DNA of 51,647 bases, taken from the sequence record DRR723986_4788. The stretch is one strand, 5' to 3'. The position numbers and the translations under genes were made by a program. The notes below the pieces were generated by a model. It was not told the origin of the DNA. It searched no databases and saw only the letters and a list, made by a program, of their open reading frames with translations. Shown here piece by piece: positions 48,353-51,647 of this stretch (its first letter is position 1; each line of letters opens with the position of its first letter).

Positions 48353-48733
48353 TCAGCCCATGCGGTGCAGGGCGCACAACTTATTGCCTGCCGGGTCGCG
48401 CAGGTAGGCCAGGTACAGCGCGCCGAGGCCGCCTTCACGAACCCCGGGCGGGTCCTCGCAGGCGGTGCCGCCGTTGGCTACGCCGGCCGCGTGCCAGGCA
48501 TCAGCCGCCGCCGGATCCGCCACGGCAAAACCGACCGTGCAGCCATTGCCGTGGCCGGCGGGCTCGCCGTCGATCGGCTGAGTGATGGCGAAGATGCCGG
48601 TGTCGGTGAAATAGAACACCCGGCCCTTATCGTCGTAGACACCGGGCTCATAGCCCAGGGCGCCCAGGGTGGCATCGTAGAATGTCTTGGATTGCTCGAC
48701 GTCGTTGGCGCCGACCATGATGTGACTGAACAT
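48353..48733 (-). CDS. VOC/glyoxalase family protein
   Basis: FSHIMVGAND, FYDATLG, YLRDPAGNKLCA. Confidence 0.85.
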   Translation of the reverse strand: MFSHIMVGANDVEQSKTFYDATLGALGYEPGVYDDKGRVFYFTDTGIFAITQPIDGEPAGHGNGCTVGFAVADPAAADAWHAAGVANGGTACEDPPGVREGGLGALYLAYLRDPAGNKLCALHRMG

Positions 48734-48844
48734 GAAATCTCTCCTGCTTGTGGTTGTTACAGCAGCAGCAGTGTAGACGTTTTTTGGCGAGAGGGCTGCG
48801 TTTTCCTGGGTATTGCGGCCAGCGGTTTCCCGGTGCTCGGGGGC

Positions 48845-49327
48845 TTACTGCTTGACGTTTTCCCGCACGATCCGCTGCTTCTGCCGGTTCCAGTCCCGAT
48901 CTTTCTGGGTGTCACGCTTGTCGTGGGTTTGCTTGCCCTGGGCCAGCGCGATCCGGGCCTTGATCAGGTGGCCTTTCCAATACAGCTGGGTACAGACGCA
49001 GGTCTGGCCCTTCTGCGCCGTGGCCGCAAGAATCTTCGCCAGCTCCTTCTTGTGCAGCAGCAGCTTGCGGGTGCGGGTGGGGTCGGCGACATAGTGGGTC
49101 GACGCGGTTTCCAGCGGGGTGATCTGGGCGCCCAGCAGGAAGGCCTCCCCGTCCTTGATCAGCACGTAGGAGTCGGTGAGCTGGGCCTTGCCCGCCCGCA
49201 GGCTCTTTACTTCCCAACCGGCCAGGGCAACACCTGCCTCAAAATCCTCGAGCAGGGTATAGTCGAACCGCGCGCGCTTGTTCTGGGCGATGACGTTGCT
49301 GGGAGCCTTGGCTTTCTTCTTTGACAT
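48845..49327 (-). CDS. smpB: SsrA-binding protein
   Basis: [42 protein letters not shown]. Confidence 0.96.
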   Translation of the reverse strand: MSKKKAKAPSNVIAQNKRARFDYTLLEDFEAGVALAGWEVKSLRAGKAQLTDSYVLIKDGEAFLLGAQITPLETASTHYVADPTRTRKLLLHKKELAKILAATAQKGQTCVCTQLYWKGHLIKARIALAQGKQTHDKRDTQKDRDWNRQKQRIVRENVKQ

Positions 49328-49437
49328 GGCGCGCATTATACGGGGGCGCGGCGGGGGCGAAACGTGAATCTTTCCCTTTTCACTTCAGGCGGTGCTGATG
49401 CAACCTAAGCCCATGATGAGCAGGTCGATTTAAGCGG

Positions 49438-50784
49438 ATGCCGTTGAGTCCGGGAGCATTGGGTGGCTGGCAATCGCGCAGCACGTTTGTATTCGCCCTG
49501 TCGGCCTCGGCGGTGGGCCTGGGTAACCTGTGGCGCTTCGCCTACTTGCTGGGCGAGAACGGCGGTGCCCCTTTCCTGATCACCTACGTGGCCTGCCTGC
49601 TGCTGGTGGCGGTGCCGGTGTTGATCGCCGAGGTCATTATCGGCAGCCGCGGGCGCGGTTCGCCCCCGGTGGCCTTGCGCTGGTCGGCGGAGCATTCCGG
49701 CCGAAGCCCCCACTGGTCGCTGGTGGGTGTGCTGGCCTGTATTACCGGCTTAATCATCCTGTCTTACTTCGCGGTGATCGGCGGCTGGGCCCTGGCCTAT
49801 GCCGATGCCATGCGCGGCGGCACGTTTGCCGCTGCCAGCGCTCTGGAGACGGGCCGGTTCCTCGAGGTATTTCTCGCCGAGCCGGGCGCTCTCGCGGGCT
49901 GGCATGCACTGTTTCTCGGCCTGGTCGTGGCGGTGCTCGCCCTGGGTGTGCAGCGCGGAATCGGCGTGCTGGTCTGGCTGGCAGTGCCGACCCTGATGGT
50001 GCTGATCGGGATGCTGGTGGTGTTTGCGCTGGAGCGGGGCGACACGGCGGCCGCCCGGGAGTTCCTGTTCTCGGTGCAGCCGCTGGATTTCACCCGCGAC
50101 TCGGTGCTGCTCGCCCTGGGCCATGCGTTCTATACCCTGGGCGTGGGGGTCGGGATCGGCATTACCTACGGCGCCTATTCCCCGGAGCGAATCCCGCTTG
50201 CCCGTTCGGTGCTGGCGGTGGCGGTGTTCGATACCGCGATTGCGATCGCCGCGGGTATCGCAATCTTCCCGATAGTCTTTGCCAACAATATCGAACCCTC
50301 CATGGGGCCGGGACTGCTGTTTGTCAGCGTTCCCTATGCCTTCGGCAACCTGGGTGACGGGGACCTGTTCGGCACCCTGTTTTTCGTGATGGTTGTGGTG
50401 GCGGCGCTCGGTTCGGCGGTGGCCCTGATGGAACCTTCGGTTGGCGCCCTGATCCAGTACCTGCGTTTGCGACGGCTCACCGCGGTGCTCATTGCCGGGG
50501 CGATTACCTGGCTGCTGGGTTTCGCCGTGATCCTGTCGCTAAGCGGTCGCGGGCCGGGCGACTGGAACTGGTTCGCGCTGCTGGACGGACTCACCGCGCA
50601 GTGGCTGCTGCCAATTGGGGCGCTGCTGGTGGCGCTGTTCGTTGGCTGGCGCATGGACAGCCAGTTGCTGCAGGAGGAGCTGTCGCGGGAGTCCGGAATG
50701 CTGTTCGCGGTATGGCGCTTTGTGCTGCGTTACGTGGCGGTGCCCGCTATCATTGTGGTGCTGGTCACCAACGTGGCCGGCTGA
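49438..50784 (+). CDS. Sodium-dependent (SNF/NSS) transporter
   Basis: SAVGLGNLWRFAY, NGGAPF, GPGLLF. Confidence 0.88.
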   Translation: MPLSPGALGGWQSRSTFVFALSASAVGLGNLWRFAYLLGENGGAPFLITYVACLLLVAVPVLIAEVIIGSRGRGSPPVALRWSAEHSGRSPHWSLVGVLACITGLIILSYFAVIGGWALAYADAMRGGTFAAASALETGRFLEVFLAEPGALAGWHALFLGLVVAVLALGVQRGIGVLVWLAVPTLMVLIGMLVVFALERGDTAAAREFLFSVQPLDFTRDSVLLALGHAFYTLGVGVGIGITYGAYSPERIPLARSVLAVAVFDTAIAIAAGIAIFPIVFANNIEPSMGPGLLFVSVPYAFGNLGDGDLFGTLFFVMVVVAALGSAVALMEPSVGALIQYLRLRRLTAVLIAGAITWLLGFAVILSLSGRGPGDWNWFALLDGLTAQWLLPIGALLVALFVGWRMDSQLLQEELSRESGMLFAVWRFVLRYVAVPAIIVVLVTNVAG

Positions 50785-50814
50785 GCGGACGACCCGGAGA
50801 GCGCGCCAGCCCCC

Positions 50815-51246
50815 ATGAGAGTCATTGATCGCAGCGCCCTGCTGCCTTACAACGCGCACCAGATTTACCATCTGGTGAATGACGTCGAGGCCTATCCCCA
50901 GTTTATGGACGGCTGTGTCGGCGCTCGCGTGCTGACTCTGGACGGCGATCGCATGGAGGCCCGGCTGGACCTCGCCCGGGGCGGTATCCGCCACAGCTTC
51001 AGTACCCGCAACCAGTTGGTAGAAGGCGAGTCCATTGCCCTCGAGTTGATCGAGGGTCCCTTCGAGTTCTTCAACGGGCGCTGGGATTTCCGGGCGCTGG
51101 GGGAGAGTGCATGCAAGGTCAGCCTGCGGCTGGAATTTGCGGTCAACAATGGCCTGATCGGTGCTGCTGCGGCGCGCCTGTTTGATCGGGTAACCGGCGA
51201 CCTGGTGGACGCGGTGTCGCTGCGCGCCAGGCATATTTACGGGTGA
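50815..51246 (+). CDS. ratA: RatA/PasT START-domain protein
   Basis: LVNDVEAYPQFM, GPFEFFNGRWDF, CKVSLRLEF; near smpB and upstream of rnfH. Confidence 0.88.
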   Translation: MRVIDRSALLPYNAHQIYHLVNDVEAYPQFMDGCVGARVLTLDGDRMEARLDLARGGIRHSFSTRNQLVEGESIALELIEGPFEFFNGRWDFRALGESACKVSLRLEFAVNNGLIGAAAARLFDRVTGDLVDAVSLRARHIYG

Positions 51247-51253
51247 GAACGCT

Positions 51254-51577
51254 ATGAGTGAGTCCGAGACGATCCAGGTTGAAGTGGCCTACGCGCTGCC
51301 GGAAAAGCAGGCCATCGTGCCGGTGGCCGTTGCGCCTGGCACCACCGCGCTGGAAGCCGTGCAGCAGTCGCGCATCGCGGAGCAGTTTGAGGGCTTTGCG
51401 GTGACGGATAGCACCAAGCTGGGCATCTTCGGCAAAGCGGTGCCACCGGGCCAGGTACTGCGGGAGGGCGATCGGGTTGAGATTTACCGGCCGCTGCATG
51501 CCGATCCGAAAGAAGTGCGCAAGGCGCGCGCCGCGGCCGCGAAAGAGCGGCGGGCACAGGGCGAACAGGAAGCCTAG
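51254..51577 (+). CDS. rnfH: RnfH/RatB ubiquitin-like protein
   Basis: VEVAYALP, GIFGK, GDRVEIYRPLHADPKE. Confidence 0.9.
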   Translation: MSESETIQVEVAYALPEKQAIVPVAVAPGTTALEAVQQSRIAEQFEGFAVTDSTKLGIFGKAVPPGQVLREGDRVEIYRPLHADPKEVRKARAAAAKERRAQGEQEA

Positions 51578-51647
51578 TCGGTGCTTGCCGTCGCGTCGGC
51601 GTCGGCTTCTGCTACTTCCTCAGCCTCAGCCTCAGCCTCAGCCTCAG
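51574..51647 (-). CDS. 3' end of a convergent gene with an Ala-Glu repeat tail (BamE expected by synteny)
   Basis: Reads ...EAEAEAEAEEVAEADADATASTD*; identity inferred only from position after rnfH. Confidence 0.4.
   Translation of the reverse strand, partial: EAEAEAEAEEVAEADADATASTD
51618..51647. repeat. (CCTCAG)n hexamer tandem repeat, at least 5 copies, runs off the window
   Basis: Directly visible. Confidence 0.9.

Noticed and set aside
50815-51577. RatA-RnfH as a novel toxin-antitoxin or defence pair
   Set aside because: Conserved core locus near smpB in Gammaproteobacteria.

Overview
GC-rich gammaproteobacterial chromosome segment, probably from a marine Halieaceae/Cellvibrionales-type organism (inferred from gene content and order only), centred on the tmRNA gene (ssrA, 33687-34078, minus strand). 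Right of ssrA are host genes: an mnhEFGBCDD-x-D type Na+/H+ antiporter operon, MBL hydrolase, D-aminoacylase-like amidohydrolase, TauE/SafE, a Mo-hydroxylase pair, VOC protein, smpB, SNF transporter and ratA-rnfH. Left of ssrA, three copies of the ssrA 3' end (33686, 23031, 9615) delimit two tandem islands. Island A (~10.65 kb) is an apparently intact satellite-like element. It carries a tyrosine integrase, an AlpA-like protein, and a replication module with no primase or helicase (conserved hypothetical, family-A DNA polymerase, six-copy palindromic iteron array with AT-rich tract, winged-helix protein). It also has HNH, TerS and TerL but no capsid or portal, and a low-GC acyltransferase that sits in an integron-type cassette with a canonical attC. 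Island B (~13.4 kb) is a defence island: Mza-like GHKL ATPase/Z1/PD-(D/E)XK/AIPR genes convergent with an EcoRII-like REase, Vsr and an RHH-fused Dcm that has a palindromic operator. Its integrase is reduced to 21 codons beside an IS3-family element that lacks a target duplication. The leftmost 9.6 kb holds cusA (partial), sulfotransferase, LysR, sulfatase, alpha/beta hydrolase, N-formylglutamate amidohydrolase-like and HEPN genes, plus three small gene remnants missing from the ORF track. All assignments come from motif recognition by eye; no database searches were run.
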